Shown: positions 49,504-63,249 of the stretch, piece after piece
Position numbering within the stretch: position 1 is the stretch's first letter
Layout: each line of letters opens with the position of its first letter
From: Octopus sinensis
Taxonomy: Eukaryota
NCBI RefSeq assembly: GCF_006345805.1
Contig: NC_043002.1
Location: 41,540,001-41,604,000 of the forward strand
DNA: 64,000 nt
Direction of reading: 5' to 3'
Position numbers and translations under genes: made by a program
Notes under the pieces: model-generated
Seen by the model: the letters and a program-made list of their open reading frames with translations, nothing else
What the model was told of the DNA's origin: nothing
Database searches by the model: none

Positions 49504-51508
49504 TAAGGAGTTCATTTCCCAAACACATGGTTCCAGGTTTAGTCTCACTGCATGACACTTGGGCAAGTGTCATGCAGTGAGATTTAACCGGTTTCACAGT
49601 TTACACTGATTTTCAGAAATTTGAAATAGAAAGACATGGCTTATGTCACAGCTGCTTTGCTTCTGACTAGTCTTTGAAGCTTGTCCTATTTTTTTTAGGG
49701 AGTTCATGGCTCAAATTTGTGTATATTTTGATTAGTATTTGATTAGTAGAGGATAGTCATATGACTGGTCTTAGAAATTTTTATAGGTTCCCTGCTACGT
49801 TCGTCCATGTGTTAGTATCAAGTGACAATGTTTAGCGTTGTAAGTTAAGGCTGACATGGTTGACTGAACAAGTCTAGTGTTAGTACCAAATAATCAATGT
49901 TCTGAATGTTTTCTGTCAAGTCTTTGTAAAGAATGAACACGTGATTATGTTTAAAATCTTTTGTACGTTTCCTATTATGTCAGCAGTATCTATCCATCTA
50001 TCCATCTCTCTCTCTCATCACAACTGACAAATGGGAGCGTAAAACTGGGTAACAGTGAAAATTTTGCAGTGCTCCAGCATGGCCGCAGACAAATGACTGA
50101 AACAAGTAAAAGGATATATACACACAATGTGTGCATATATATATATATATATGTTTACGTGTGTGTATGGTTTGTGTTTGATCCACCCTTCCCTTTCCTC
50201 ACTTTTTATCAGCTGGTGTCAGTTTGTTTACATCCCAGCAACTTAGTGGTTTGATAAAAAGAGACTCTTAGAACAAGCACCAGCCTTAGAAAAAGAAAGG
50301 AAATAAATACTGGCGTTGGTGGTGCTGGTGGAGGATGGCTGGGTCAATTTCTTTGACTAAAAACCCCTTCAAGGTGGTGTCCCAGCATGGCCGTCATAGT
50401 CCAATGACTGAAAGAAGTGAAAGATAAAAAGATAAGAGACACTTCGTCATAGCTGCTAGTGGCGGCGTGGTTTGAGTACGTAAGCTCTAATGGTTCTGTA
50501 GTTGAATAAAAACCATTTACAACGCCAAAATAATTCCTTCAATCTCAGTTGCATATGTTTGATATTGAAGAGTTTTTATAACCCGAAAATTATTTTAGAG
50601 CAAGGTCCATTATATATTCATTCTAATGGAGAATTAATTCACATGCTTTATAGAGTGTTATATAACTTTAATATTATGGAGATGTTTGTGTACGTGATGA
50701 GATCTTACCCATTCCCTTTGAACAAAAAAATGACGAAACCAAAAAAAAAAAAAAAAACAAGTAAAAAATATAGCTTTATTTAGATTTTACAAATATCTTA
50801 ATGGTAAAACAAAATTGTCTTTATGTGTGTGTGTGTACATATTTGTGTTAGAATATACAGACTTTCATATGCATATCTCTATATTTGTATGTGTCTGTGT
50901 GTGTTAACGTTTAGTGATTAATGGGTGAAACTGTGATATACACTGCTTGTGGTCTATAAATTGCATATGTTGCATACACAAAAATATATGCACACACACA
51001 CATATACACATACACGCACACACATATACATGCACACTCACATACATACACACACGAGTTAATATATTTATATTCATAATTCATACATGTATATAAACAT
51101 GAACACGCATCGCATACAGATTCGCATATCCTGTGAACTTCTTTTACATAAGCAGGCTTATGTAAAAGATACACACACACACACACACATATAATTGCTT
51201 AGGCAATATATAGCTGAGATTAAATGTCATCCTATCTTCAGTTCTCTGTTCTTGGGTGTAACAACTGTATTTCAGTAGAACTATGTTACCATTCTTGAAC
51301 ACATTAAACTTAAAGTTGTTTGTCATTTTCTTTCCTTTCTATGATTGTGTGTGTTTGCATTGGGCTTGATGTCTGCAGAAAGTTTACTAATGGTGTATAT
51401 GGATAATAATACCATACTAAATATGATTTTTTTTTTAATAACTAAAAAAAAAAGGCTTTTATCTGCAGCTTTTTTGTTAAATATGGAAACATCATTTTGC
51501 CATAATTA

Positions 51509-51910
51509 CTCTTTTACTGGTTTCAGTCATTTGACTGTGGCCATGCTGGAGCACTGCCTTTAGTCGAGCAAATCGACCCCAGGACTTATTCTTTGTAAGC
51601 CTAGTACTTATTCTATCGGTATCTTTTGCTGAACTGCTAAGTTATGGGGACGTAAACACTTCAGCATCAGTTGTCAAGCGATGTTGGTGGGGGGGGGGGA
51701 CAAAGACACACAAACATATACACACACGTACTTATATATATGCATATATATGATGGGCTTCTTTCAGTTTCCGTCTACCAAATCCACTCACAAGGCTTTG
51801 GTCGGCCTGAGGCTATAGTAGAAAACACTTGCCCAAGGTGCCATGCAGTGGGACTGAACCCAGAACCATGTGGTTGGTAAACGAGCTACTTACTACACAG
51901 CCACTCCTAA
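51509..51910 (-). mobile_element. SINE family B, full length
   Basis: Reverse complement of the 32470-32874 type. Confidence 0.85.
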
Positions 51911-53299
51911 AAATGAAAATATTTTTTTCTTAATCCTTGCCTTTATATATATATATGTGTGTGTGTGTGTATGTACATATGACAGGATTCTTTCAGTTTC
52001 CATCTACTAAATCCACTCTACCCAGGCCAAAGATTTCCAGAGAGATGTTGATTGACTCAACATCAGTTTAATTAATAGTTAATTAAAATTGTTTAATCAA
52101 TAGTGAACTACTATTTTATTGATTATGGAAGGATAAAAAGACAAAATTGTTAGTGTTAGGTTTTGAACTTGAAGAATGTTGACAACTAAAATATATAGAG
52201 TTGTTGAATTTGTTGTAATATATTTCTGGTATTTGATCCTATTTACTTACAAATAATGCAGTTGTCATCCTCCTCATCATCATCAATCTCTCCTGCACCC
52301 GTGCCACTTTTTACTTTCCATGTTTGCAAGGGTCACACAAAACTTCTTCAGCAAAGCACTTTATTTCATGTTGTTCCAGTCTCCCTCCAATCGGGGGGAA
52401 TGTTGGCCTGCTTTCCTAGCCAGTGGGGCAACATCATTTGAAGGCTAAAACACATTGCAAAAGCGCATTGTCACCAGTGATGTGTAACATCTGATAGCCT
52501 GATCAGTCACATGATCATGTGATAATGCATCCTCTACATCCTTCAAAATACAGTCACCACTATTGTTTGTTTTTTGAAGATGGTCCTAATATAATATCAT
52601 TTTCACTTCCATACTTTTATCATAACAGTATATCCTGAATATACTATTTTTTCTTTTTTTTTTTTGCTGCTAGTGTACATCAGTAATGCAACATTCATAT
52701 TTTCAACTGTCATCTTTTAAATTAACTCAATCACTTTTAAACAACAGTGTTATAAACAAGCGCCACCAGTATGCTAACAGAATTCACATTTGTCATTTGA
52801 TGTATTCTTCACTACACATATACACATATGCTGTTTCATAGTAGCTGACAATGAAGCATATACATACATACATACATATATATATATATATAGTTAGATG
52901 TTAGGCTATGTCAGGCTATCACTTTTGGTAGCTTTGTTTCACAGGCTTGTTGTGTTTATTGTTTTTCACACCTCAATATAATGTTGCTTTGCAACTTTGA
53001 ACCCTTATAGTTTTGATATTATATTTCTAACGTTATACACAATGTAAATAAGATAAGTATTTAGAAGGATTTAACCTGGATTCCACCATTTCTGATGATT
53101 CACCTCTTTGATTCCATAAATGATAAAAAAAACAAAAACTGTGTTTATTTTTGAAGAGAAACTATGAAAAAAATTGATATGTTATAGAAATTTGCTATCC
53201 AGTAAATGTAAGTATTCTTTTTTTTTTGTTTTTGCTCTGAGTAAAATATAAATAAGAAATAAATTAATTCTTTGACAAAGATCTAAAAAAAGATCTTAC

Positions 53300-53574
53300 C
53301 AATCTTCCTACTTGTGCCTAGACCTCTGGTTGACACTTTGTCACTGTGGTAACTTGAACACTTTTGCTCTTTTGATTTAAATAACCTCAACATCAATCTT
53401 CAGAAATTGCATTTCACAAAAATGAAGTAGATACTGTTTATAAAATAAAAATCCAATCTGATTCTGGAATCATCTACAGATAAATATACTTTTGAAATGT
53501 TGCCCTTGGACGTGACATTTTGATTTTGCTCAAATCTGTTCATCAGACAGTAAAAATCATTTCTAAGGTTAAAA
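53300..53574 (-). CDS. Candidate 275-nt exon with one in-frame TGA
   Basis: Acceptor tttctcttttcaag, donor TTG|gtaaga; 91 codons FNLRNDFY..VKCNF*RLMLRLFKSK..TSRKI with a single stop at 53400-53402. Confidence 0.2.
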
Positions 53575-56325
53575 CTTGAAAAGAGAAATACAATAAATTC
53601 CAAAAGATATAGTGTGTATCTGTCATGTTTTGTCTTTCTTACCTTTCGTGACATTTCTTTTCAACAGTGTCGTTGATGTCAAAGAAGTAAAGAACAAATG
53701 AAAAGTGTTAGCATCTCTATTCTCTTATCTATTTCATTTCATTTTAATCTGTATAGCTTTATTGGTGTAAACTTTGAAGAACTTAGCTTTAACTTAAATT
53801 CGCTGTTTATATAGATATAATCATCCACGAAGCTTGCCGATGAAATACACATATATCAAAATGTATTTGATGAGAATGAAAAAAGAATTCTTTTTGCAAA
53901 CATATAATATATTCAATTTTAAAAGGATTTTAATTTTCATGTTCTATGCTTTTTACTTTTATCATTGATTGTTTCTAATTCTGAAGGTAGTGAAGACCCA
54001 TAGCTTAGTGGTTAGAGTGTTGCACTCATGATTGCAAGATTGTGGTTCCAGTTCTCAGACCAAACAATTTGTTGTGTTCTTGAGCAAAATGCCATATTCT
54101 TTGTTGCTTCAGCCCATTTTGCTGCTATAGATTGGCTTTCCATTCGGGAAGGAATGTTATGTTCTCTGTTACATATATGCCATAAAAACCAGATAACCAA
54201 TCTTATCAGTCCTAGGATTTGAGACTACTTACAATTACTGAAGAGAGAAGTAAAGGGAAATGACTATATTATCTTGCAGTGGAAAAAAAAAAAAAAATGA
54301 AAGGAAGTAATGTGGCAAGTGAATGATACATTATATGAAAAGAAAAGTGCTTTATTGTCTTCTGGTTCTTTTCTTTGGTTTACTGTTTTAGTTGTAAAAG
54401 AGTCTGATAAAGTGTATGCCTATCAGTATTTAATTTCATATCTCCATATTCTGAGTTCAAATCCTGTCCAGGACTAACTTTATCATTTCACCCAACTCTG
54501 ATTGGTAACATAACAGGCAAGCAAAGTGAGTGGAAGCCTGTATATTGTCTTTTGACCTGTTAGAAATAGCAACTAACCCTCTCCTCCATCCTTCAAATCT
54601 TACTCTATCGTCACACACTACAACCAAGTGAAACTGTGTTAGCCCACCACATGTGTGTCTATGTGTTGTCCACCACTGTCAATGCTTGATAAACTTGTGT
54701 TGGTTTGTTTACATTTTAACTTAGCAGTTTGGCAAAAGAGAGTGATAGAATAAGTACCAGATTTAAAAAAGAAAAATTCAAGTACTGGTGTCAATTTGTT
54801 TGACTAAACCATTCGATGTGGTGCTCCAGCATGGCCACAGTCCAGTATAAACTGAACTCACAATACTCCTAAGGGATGGGAGTGGGGATGGCTTACCATT
54901 ACAGTTCAAGAACCACTAATCTATAGTGTAAGATAGATTATTATGTTCACACTGGAGCTTTTCTGCCTGTGTTAAAATTCTATCTGGAAAGCAACCTGTT
55001 GCTTTACATCTGTCCAGAAGTGAATAACTGAAGTACCTGTAATATACTGGAGTCCATTACATTGCTTTATTACATTCCCTCTTCCTGACCCCCGACCCCC
55101 CTTTTTTTCACACACACACACACCACAATAGGTATCTCTGCTTAATTAAAGACACAAGCAAAGTCATTATTTGATAATTATCTATCAAACTCTTAGTTAA
55201 TTTAATTATACTGCTTTAGTTGAAATCATAGCGGCGATATAGTGTTTGTAAGTTTGTTGTGGATATTCCTCTGCTCCTATTTCATAACATCCCTGCTCTT
55301 CATCATATTGGCTACTGCTACTTAATTGACCATAAATCTCATCTGGCCTTGGAGATAAAGTAATTATTTGCTTTTATTACAGTGTGTGTGTTTGTGTGTA
55401 TGCATTGCCTATATGTGGTGGTACTGGTGATATATAGTTGTGTGTGTGTATATATGTATATGTGTGTCTGTATGTATATATATGTATGTGTGTGTACACA
55501 TGTGTGTGTGTTTCTCTATATAGTTAATAGTGGTGTGTGTGTGTGTATTCATCTTGTTTTTGGCTATCTATGCAAACTGAAGTAATTGTGACAGGAATAG
55601 ACATGGAGTCTCCTGGTTGCACTTCTTTTCATTGGCAGTGAAAATAATCCAAGTGAAACCTTATCAAACTTTCAGACTATAACAAATCTTTTAAGAGAAA
55701 GAGCGAAATGTGAATAGTCTAATTAAGTCAGTCAGGAAAAATAGGCATTAACCTAAGGAGTAAGAGTTCAAGTCCTCCTTAACTTCCTCGCAATTTCTTA
55801 CTTTCTACCTAGGCATGTCTTCAGCTGATATGTTTTAATAATAATGTTCATATGTATAATAGACATACAGACACATGTGCATGCACACACACATGCACAC
55901 ACTTTATTCTTTTATTGGTTTCAGGACTTGGACTTTGGTCTTGCTGGGACTCTCCTTTCAACGGTTTTTAGTTGATCATATTCCTTTGACAAATATTGTG
56001 TAGAAACCTGTTGTGCGTGTGTGTGTGTGTGTTTGTACATGCATGTGCACGTGTGTACACATGCGCATGCATGCACTCAGGTGTTTGTTCACAACTACCA
56101 CTTGATAACCAGTGTTGGTTTGTTTACATCCGTGTAATGTAGCAGTATTTCCTCTTTTTTTAACAAATTGTAAAAAAAGAAACATTTTTAACCATTTTCA
56201 GCTGTTGAAGACTATTTTTGAAATCAATCATTTCAGTTTGTATTTAGCTCCAATAAGTACCAATATATATATATATATATATGTAAAACAAAAAAATGTC
56301 CTGGGATTGATTTGTTTGACCGAAC

Positions 56326-56570
56326 CAGTGTTTCCCAACTGGGTTCCACATGGTCCCTGGGAGTTCACAGAAGATTTGCTGTTAAAAAAAAATATTTATA
56401 CTTCTACAATACATAAATCATTTCAACAATTCTTTTGTATAATTCCTAATAATATTTAATTATAAAAATGCTGTAGGTTTTTCTTTATCTACATCGAATG
56501 GCTATAGAGACCAGCAGAGAAAACCAGGAATCAAAAGAGTCCATAGACAGAAAATGGTTGAGAACCACTG
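56326..56570. mobile_element. hAT (Charlie-like) MITE nested in a family B SINE
   Basis: CAGTGTTTCCCAAC ... GGTTGAGAACCACTG TIRs; degenerate 8-bp TSD GACCGAAC/GACTAAAC. Confidence 0.8.
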
Positions 56571-56689
56571 GACTAAACTTTTTAAGGTGTTGCTCCAGCA
56601 CGGCCACAATCCAATATCTGTAACAGGTGAAAGATATAAAATATAGGTACGACTTGTTAAAGAGGAAACATCTCATTTCATACTCTGAC

Positions 56690-56860
56690 TTCAGCCATGC
56701 TGGAGCACTGCCTTTAGTTGAGCAAATCGCCCCTAGGACTTATTCTTTGTAAGCCTAGTACTTATTCTATCGGTCTCTGTTGCTGAACTGCTAAGTTACG
56801 GGGACGTAAACACACCAGCACCAGTTGTCAAGTGATGTTGGGGGGACAAACACAGACACA

Positions 56861-56944
<84 letters not shown>

Positions 56945-57118
56945 CACATACATATATATGATGGGCTTCTTTCAGTTTCCGTCTACCAAATCCACTCACA
57001 AGGCTTTGGTTGGCCCAAGGCTATAGTAGAAGACACTTGAGGTGCCACACAGTGGGATTGAACCCAGAACCATGTGGTTGGCAAGCAAGCTACTTGCCAC
57101 ACAGCCACACCTGTGCCT
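56690..57118 (-). mobile_element. SINE family B, full length with (CA)n expansion
   Basis: Reverse-complement B consensus. Confidence 0.85.
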
Positions 57119-57622
57119 ATAGTACATATATGTACATATATTTAGTCCCACTATTGAAATCAAGGTCCATGAAAATAGTTTTGACACCTTGAGATGAAAA
57201 TTGAACCTACCGGAGTCTTTATTTTCATAGCAGTAATTTTTCAAGGTTTGCTCAACTTCTCCATTTGAGTTGCTGATATTAAAAGAGTAAAGCTATTTTT
57301 AAAATGTAAGCAAAAGTTGTGATTGGCACAGCTCATGCACATAATGTGGCCAAGATTGACAGCCCAAAAGAATTCCCAAAGTAGCATGGGTTGTAAATAA
57401 ATATCTGGACTCGTATCAGTTTTGAGTTTAGTCTTGATGTGAAATCCTGTGATATGTTACTTGGTAAAGGAAATTCTTGTATGAAATATTTAATGTCTAA
57501 AATGTTAGTAGTACACATTTATTTATGCTTACTAATACCTCATTTTTCAGCTAATGGTAGTACATGAAATACTGATGTAGGATATATATATATATATATA
57601 ATATATATATATATACACACAC

Positions 57623-57680
<58 letters not shown>

Positions 57681-57784
57681 TATATATACACACACATACT
57701 CATGTTTATTTTATATATTTATATATACACACACACATACATACATATATATATATATATACACACACACATACACATGTTTAT

Positions 57785-57817
<33 letters not shown>

Positions 57818-58196
57818 ATATGGACACACACATACATATATAGACATATACAGACGTAGACCTCCTACACCTGTTTGTACGTATACATATATCATGAAAT
57901 GGTTGATTTATTTGATTCGTGTTGAGTTAAAGGAACTGAAATAGAGTTTCTTTACTTACAACTTCACTTGTTCATATATTTTTATTTATATTTTATGTTT
58001 TTTCTTATATATATATATCTTTTTGTAGTTGCTGAAATCTTAGTCAAAGTGAACAACTAACTCTTTTAAGTGATATCACTTTTGTCAGGAAATACTAGAA
58101 ATATTATATTTTGTATCGACTTCCATATGCCTTCTCATGTTCCTTTTTGTTATCGGAGATGTATTTTCTAAGGAATGACAAAAACATTGGCTTCCA

Positions 58197-58199
<3 letters not shown>

Positions 58200-58287
<88 letters not shown>
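58200..58287. repeat. (CT)n microsatellite
   Basis: Pure dinucleotide run of about 88 nt. Confidence 0.95.
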
Positions 58288-58291
<4 letters not shown>

Positions 58292-58298
58292 ATCTTAC

Positions 58299-58311
58299 TT
58301 TCTTTGCATGC
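58299..58311 (-). CDS. Candidate 13-nt microexon (GCATGCAAAGAAA)
   Basis: Branch-like ctaat plus ctcttctctttag acceptor, donor AAA|gtaaga. Confidence 0.15.
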
Positions 58312-59898
58312 CTAAAGAGAAGAGATTAGCAGAGGTAGTGAGTGGTACTGGTTTGCTTGTTTATTATCACAGTTTCCTTGATATCAAGAAACATTATAGA
58401 ACTACACTTGATTCTAAACACTTTTGAGTTGATGCTGGTTGTAGGAAGAATGTGTTTGTGTGTCTGTGAGCATATATATATATATATATGTGTACAATCA
58501 TGTCTATATATGTATGTGTGCACATGTGTATATAAATGTATATATGTGTGCGTATGTATGTGTGTGTGTGTGTGTGTGTGTAAATATATGTGTATATACA
58601 TTTAGATATATGTGCATGTATATATATATATATATATATATAAAATCAAAGGAATCTACCTCCAGCCCACCAAAGAAAAAAGGATATAAAAAAAACTTGT
58701 TTGTATTCATTTCTTTACTTTTGATTAGCAAAACTATATGAGAAGTTTTTCCTGCATTTTGTATTTACCTTTTGCTGTCTTCAACAACACATGAAACATT
58801 TCCTATTAAGGAATGTGTGATTAGACAAACAGAACCAACACATAAAGACGTTATTCCATAAAGTCTGGCATTGTTATGGTGTATTTCCTCTTTAACAAAG
58901 TGTAAAAAAAAGAAACATTTTTAACCATTTTCAGCTGTTGAAGACTATTTTTGAAATCAATCATTTCAGTTTATATTTAGCTCCAAAACTGGCCCTGATT
59001 GAACAGACTAATGATTAAAGGTGCTGAATTGAAACAATCATTAGAGTATCAGTTAAGATACCTTGTGGTATTTGTTGCAGGTCTCTGAGTTTTGAGTTCA
59101 AATTCAGCTGAGGTCAACTTAGTATTTTAAATCATTTTGGCATTGGATTAGCAGAAACTTTCACTGTTAGTATAAATCACTTAGAAAGCTAAACTAAAAT
59201 TTGTCCAAATATCCTAACAGAATATGCATCATTAATAATAAAATTAATCACCCTCTTTAATCAATCCTATTCTTGGATAAAAAAAAAAAATAGCCACCAT
59301 TTTTAATGGAAACATATTTATAACCCTGACCTAACACTGTATCAAATATTCTAAATAAACTCTCTTCTCCCATTTTCAAATCTTGATTTGTATTACAGTA
59401 TCGTGAACTCACTCGTGTGCATAGTTTGAACTGCATTAACCTTTTGGAGCTTATCTAAAATCTCCTTAGTGGACCCAATACTCCAGAATAAGTTAACATC
59501 CAAATAATAAAGACAAAAATCCTTTACAGTATCTCATAAAGACCAATCTAATAACATTTGATGCATCATTAACTAAGATACCTGTTTATTGGTACATTTT
59601 CTAGCTCCTGCAATAAATTTACACTTATAGGGACCATATGTAGTTTTAGTATAACGGTGTCCTTCTTCTCTTCTCTGAAACCACTCAACCTTCCCACTTC
59701 AGATATTAATTTCCCTATTAAACCATTCATACTCTCAGTGATCAGCATACAAATACTATTAGCTTTAAAGCTAAAATCACTCTCTAACCCTGTGTCATCT
59801 TCTAGCATAGTTAGATAGTATTTCTTACATATAATCACAAAATTCCCTGCTGCTTTATCTGCTGGTACTATAATATATTTTTCTTCTAATATATCAAT

Positions 59899-60113
59899 AG
59901 GCAAAGGAGTGGCTGTGTGGTAAGTAGCTTGCGTACGAACCACATGGTTCTGGGTTCAGTCCCACTGCGTGGCACATTGGGCAAGTGGGATTTGGTAGAT
60001 TGAAACTGAAAGAAGCCCGTCATATGTGTGTGTGTGTGTGTGTTACACTAATACATCTGTTTGTTTTCTACACCACCTGTCTTTGTCTTTTTTTTTTTTT
60101 TTGTGAACTATCC

Positions 60114-60159
<46 letters not shown>

Positions 60160-60357
60160 ATATGTTTGTCCCCCCAACATCACTTGACAACCGATGCTGG
60201 TGTGTTTATGTCCCAGTAACTTAGCGGTTTGACAAAAAAAAAAAACTGATAGAATAAGTGCCAGGCTTACAAAGAACAAGTCCTGGGGTCGATTTGCTCG
60301 ACTAAAGGCGGTGCTCCAGCATGGCCACAGTCACATGACTGAAACAAGTAAAAGAGT
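59899..60357 (+). mobile_element. SINE family B nested in the PLE relic
   Basis: B head and tail; PLE frame rejoins across it (KKY/IDIL). Confidence 0.85.
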
Positions 60358-60611
60358 ATATTTCTTTACCTTCTGCTTATTAAAATCTAATTCCTCTTCT
60401 GTCATCCAATCTATATTTCTAATTTGTTACTACAACAAACCAGTTAATAGTTCAATTATCAAAAGCTTTCTCCTTAACTTCGTATTTAAGACTTAACTAT
60501 AAAAGTGCCAATTAATTTGAAGATTACTTACTCCAGTTTATAGCTATTTATCCTACTAGACTTCCTGTATCTGGTATCTATCCTCATTAGCCTTCTGAAA
60601 TCTTCATTTAA

Positions 60612-60829
60612 CCATTTAGTATTTAAACCAGCCATATCCGACCAAAATATTCCTCCCGTTTTATGTTCAAACCAACCAGATTAAGCCCCTCACACCTACC
60701 TTGCAATGTCATTCTAAAAATATACAATCACATCATCGAAATTTCAAAGCTACAAGATAATACATGATTAATTGAAAACAATGAATAAATAAGCATTATA
60801 TTTGACAGAATAATCTGAATGCTAAAGGG
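60612..60829 (-). mobile_element. piggyBac-type MITE nested in the PLE relic
   Basis: TTAA at 60608-60611 and 60830-60833; PLE frame rejoins (VV/LNED). Confidence 0.85.
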
Positions 60830-60911
60830 TTAAGACAACATTTAAATCAATTCATATGCACATGTCCCACTTCAAGATAGTGAAATTCTTATATTTAGTA
60901 CAATTGCACAT

Positions 60912-61098
60912 AGGTGCAGGAGTGGCTGTGTGGTAAGTAGCTTGCTTACCAACCACATGGTTCTGGGTTCAGTCCCAGTGCATGGCACCTTGGGCAAGTG
61001 TCTTTTACTATAGCCTCAGGCTGACCAAAGCCTTGTGAGTGGATTTGGTAGACGGAAACTGAAAGAAGCCCGTCATGTATATGTATATATATATATAC

Positions 61099-61150
<52 letters not shown>

Positions 61151-61300
61151 CTGTGTTTGTCCCCCAACATCGCTTGACAACTGATGCTGGTGTGTTTACG
61201 CCCCAATAACTTAGCGGTTCGGCAAAAGAGACCGATTAAATAAGTACTAGGCTTACAAAGAATAAGTCATGGGGTCAATTTGCTCAACTAAAGGTGGTGC
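60912..61300 (+). mobile_element. SINE family B
   Basis: Near full-length B consensus. Confidence 0.85.
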
Positions 61301-62109
61301 TAAAAGATACCTAGACAAATCTGTAGGCTTTTGAGCCTATGTTAGACTAAAATTTATTATAATTGTATAACCTATCATCTTTTGTTTATAGCTAATACTT
61401 TTATTCTTATTCTTAACATTAGACATCCATCCATCCATCCATACATACATACATAGTGTGTATATGTGAGAGAGAGGTGGGGAGAGAGCTCTCTATCATT
61501 TATATTTATTATCCCTTGATGTATGCAGATGTGTGCATGTCATTCAGTTCAACATTAAACTAATAATAAATACATTTTTGTGTGGTGATTTTTGTTGCCA
61601 AATTTTGAAGCAAAGAATGAAAACCAGTAGAACATGTGATTGCCAAATTAAACAAAATGTCTCTCTCTCATTTTTTTTTTCTATCAGCTTCATTACTAAT
61701 CAAGTTGGATATTTAACATACTTGTTGAACACACCTGCAGGCTATGATTTGATCCTGTCTTTTTCTAGTTTTTGACCTCTGAGTAAGAAAGACTTAATAC
61801 AGAGGTGTGCCAAAAGCATTAGGCTTCATCAACAGTTGTTATATTGCTGGCATTTTTTTTTTTATTAACCTTTTTTGATGCCACCCCACCTGACACCACC
61901 CCTGGGTCTATGATATACACTCCTAATTTTAAAGTGATCTAAATTGTAACCTTCCAGCAAAATTTCATGGTAATTTATGTTTCTGACAACAGTTTTAATT
62001 TTTCTTTAAATTGTTTCAGCTTTAAAACTGTGGCCATGCTGGGACACCAAGGAGAAAGTTATTTTATTAAGTTCTCCATCATGTTTGTAATTAATTGAAA
62101 GAAATCGGC

Positions 62110-62480
62110 ATAAGCATGGCTATGTGGTAGGAGGTTTATTTCTCAACCACATGGTTTTGGGTTCAGTCCCACTGTATGGCACCTTGAGCAAAGTGTCTTC
62201 TACTATAGTCTTGGGTTGACCAAAGGCTTGTGAGTGGAATTGGTAGATGAAAACTGCAAGAAGCCTGTTATATATTTATGTGTGTGTGTGTTATATATAT
62301 ATGAGTGTTTGTTTGTCCCCCACTACCACTTGACAACTGGTGTTGGTGTGTTTATGTCCCAGTAACCTAGTGGTTCGGCAAAAGAGTCCTATAAAATAAG
62401 TACCAGGCTTGAAAAAATAAATGCTCGGGTTGATTCATTCGACTAAAAGGTCTTCAAGGTTTGCTCCATCATGGCCACAG
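62110..62480 (+). mobile_element. SINE family B, diverged
   Basis: B head, body and tail motifs. Confidence 0.75.
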
Positions 62481-62569
62481 TCTAATAACTTAATATGAAA
62501 ATAATCCACAAATTTATAACAAAAGAGATAAACAGCAAATTTATGAAACCAAGGGTTTGTTTTTCTTAC

Positions 62570-62639
62570 CTGTTACTTTTGTTTTTGTTTGTTTTTCAAG
62601 TTTTTCAAAGCCATCTGCATTATCTCTTGTAGCATCTGT
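62570..62639 (-). CDS. Candidate 70-nt exon (TDATRDNADGFEKLEKQTKTKVT-G)
   Basis: Acceptor catttattatatag, perfect donor CAG|gtaaga, single open frame (phase 0 to 1). Confidence 0.3.
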
Positions 62640-63249
62640 CTATATAATAAATGAGCTTGTACTCTTAGTTTATATGATTGGTTTATAACAGCAACCAATC
62701 ATTTTAGATCTATGCAGAAGTTTACCTTTTAGTCTGTTATTAATGATAAGTGTCTAAATTGCAATTCCAACCCAAGTGGATAATGATCAGCCTAGTTGAA
62801 TGAACAATCAGATCTAGTTGGACATGAACCTGTGTTTTCAAGGTTCAGATGGTACTAACTTTTTGAGTTGACCTGATCACATCATATTTTGTGTCATTTG
62901 CTTTCAAATGAAGATCTGAAATGTTTATCATTATTTTATGTTTTATAAAGCTACTGTGTTTATGAGAGCAACATGAATTCTTTAATATCAAGTTCTTTTA
63001 GATGTAATTCAAAAATGTCTAGGAACAAACATAAAGGTCAAATGTAATAAATAATATCAAAGTTTATATAATATTATGTACACAAATTATATAAACGATA
63101 GCCTTAAATCATCAAAGACTCCAAACTGCCAAAATTTAAAGAAGACAAAAGTTTAAATACCTTAAATAGTTATATAAATTGTAGAAAGTATTTTAAAATT
63201 TATGATGGAAATGCAAACATTAATCAGTGACTTGGAAACATTTAATTTA

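Larger units (their letters stand above)
59200..61420 (-). pseudogene. Decayed Penelope-like element reverse transcriptase region, split by three insertions
   Basis: After removing inserts: SISYK.., CNC..F.Y..GHV..DLNVVLNEDFRRLMRIDTRYR, KVKKYIDILEEKYIIVPADKAAGNFVIICKKYY, KLH..PYKCKFIAGARKCTNK, FWSIGSTKEILDKL; resembles PLE RT N-terminal motifs. Confidence 0.75.

Noticed and set aside
52250-52310. Acidic minus-strand peptide GEIDDDEEDDNCII with a donor site
   Set aside because: Derived from the (GAT)n tail of a repeat
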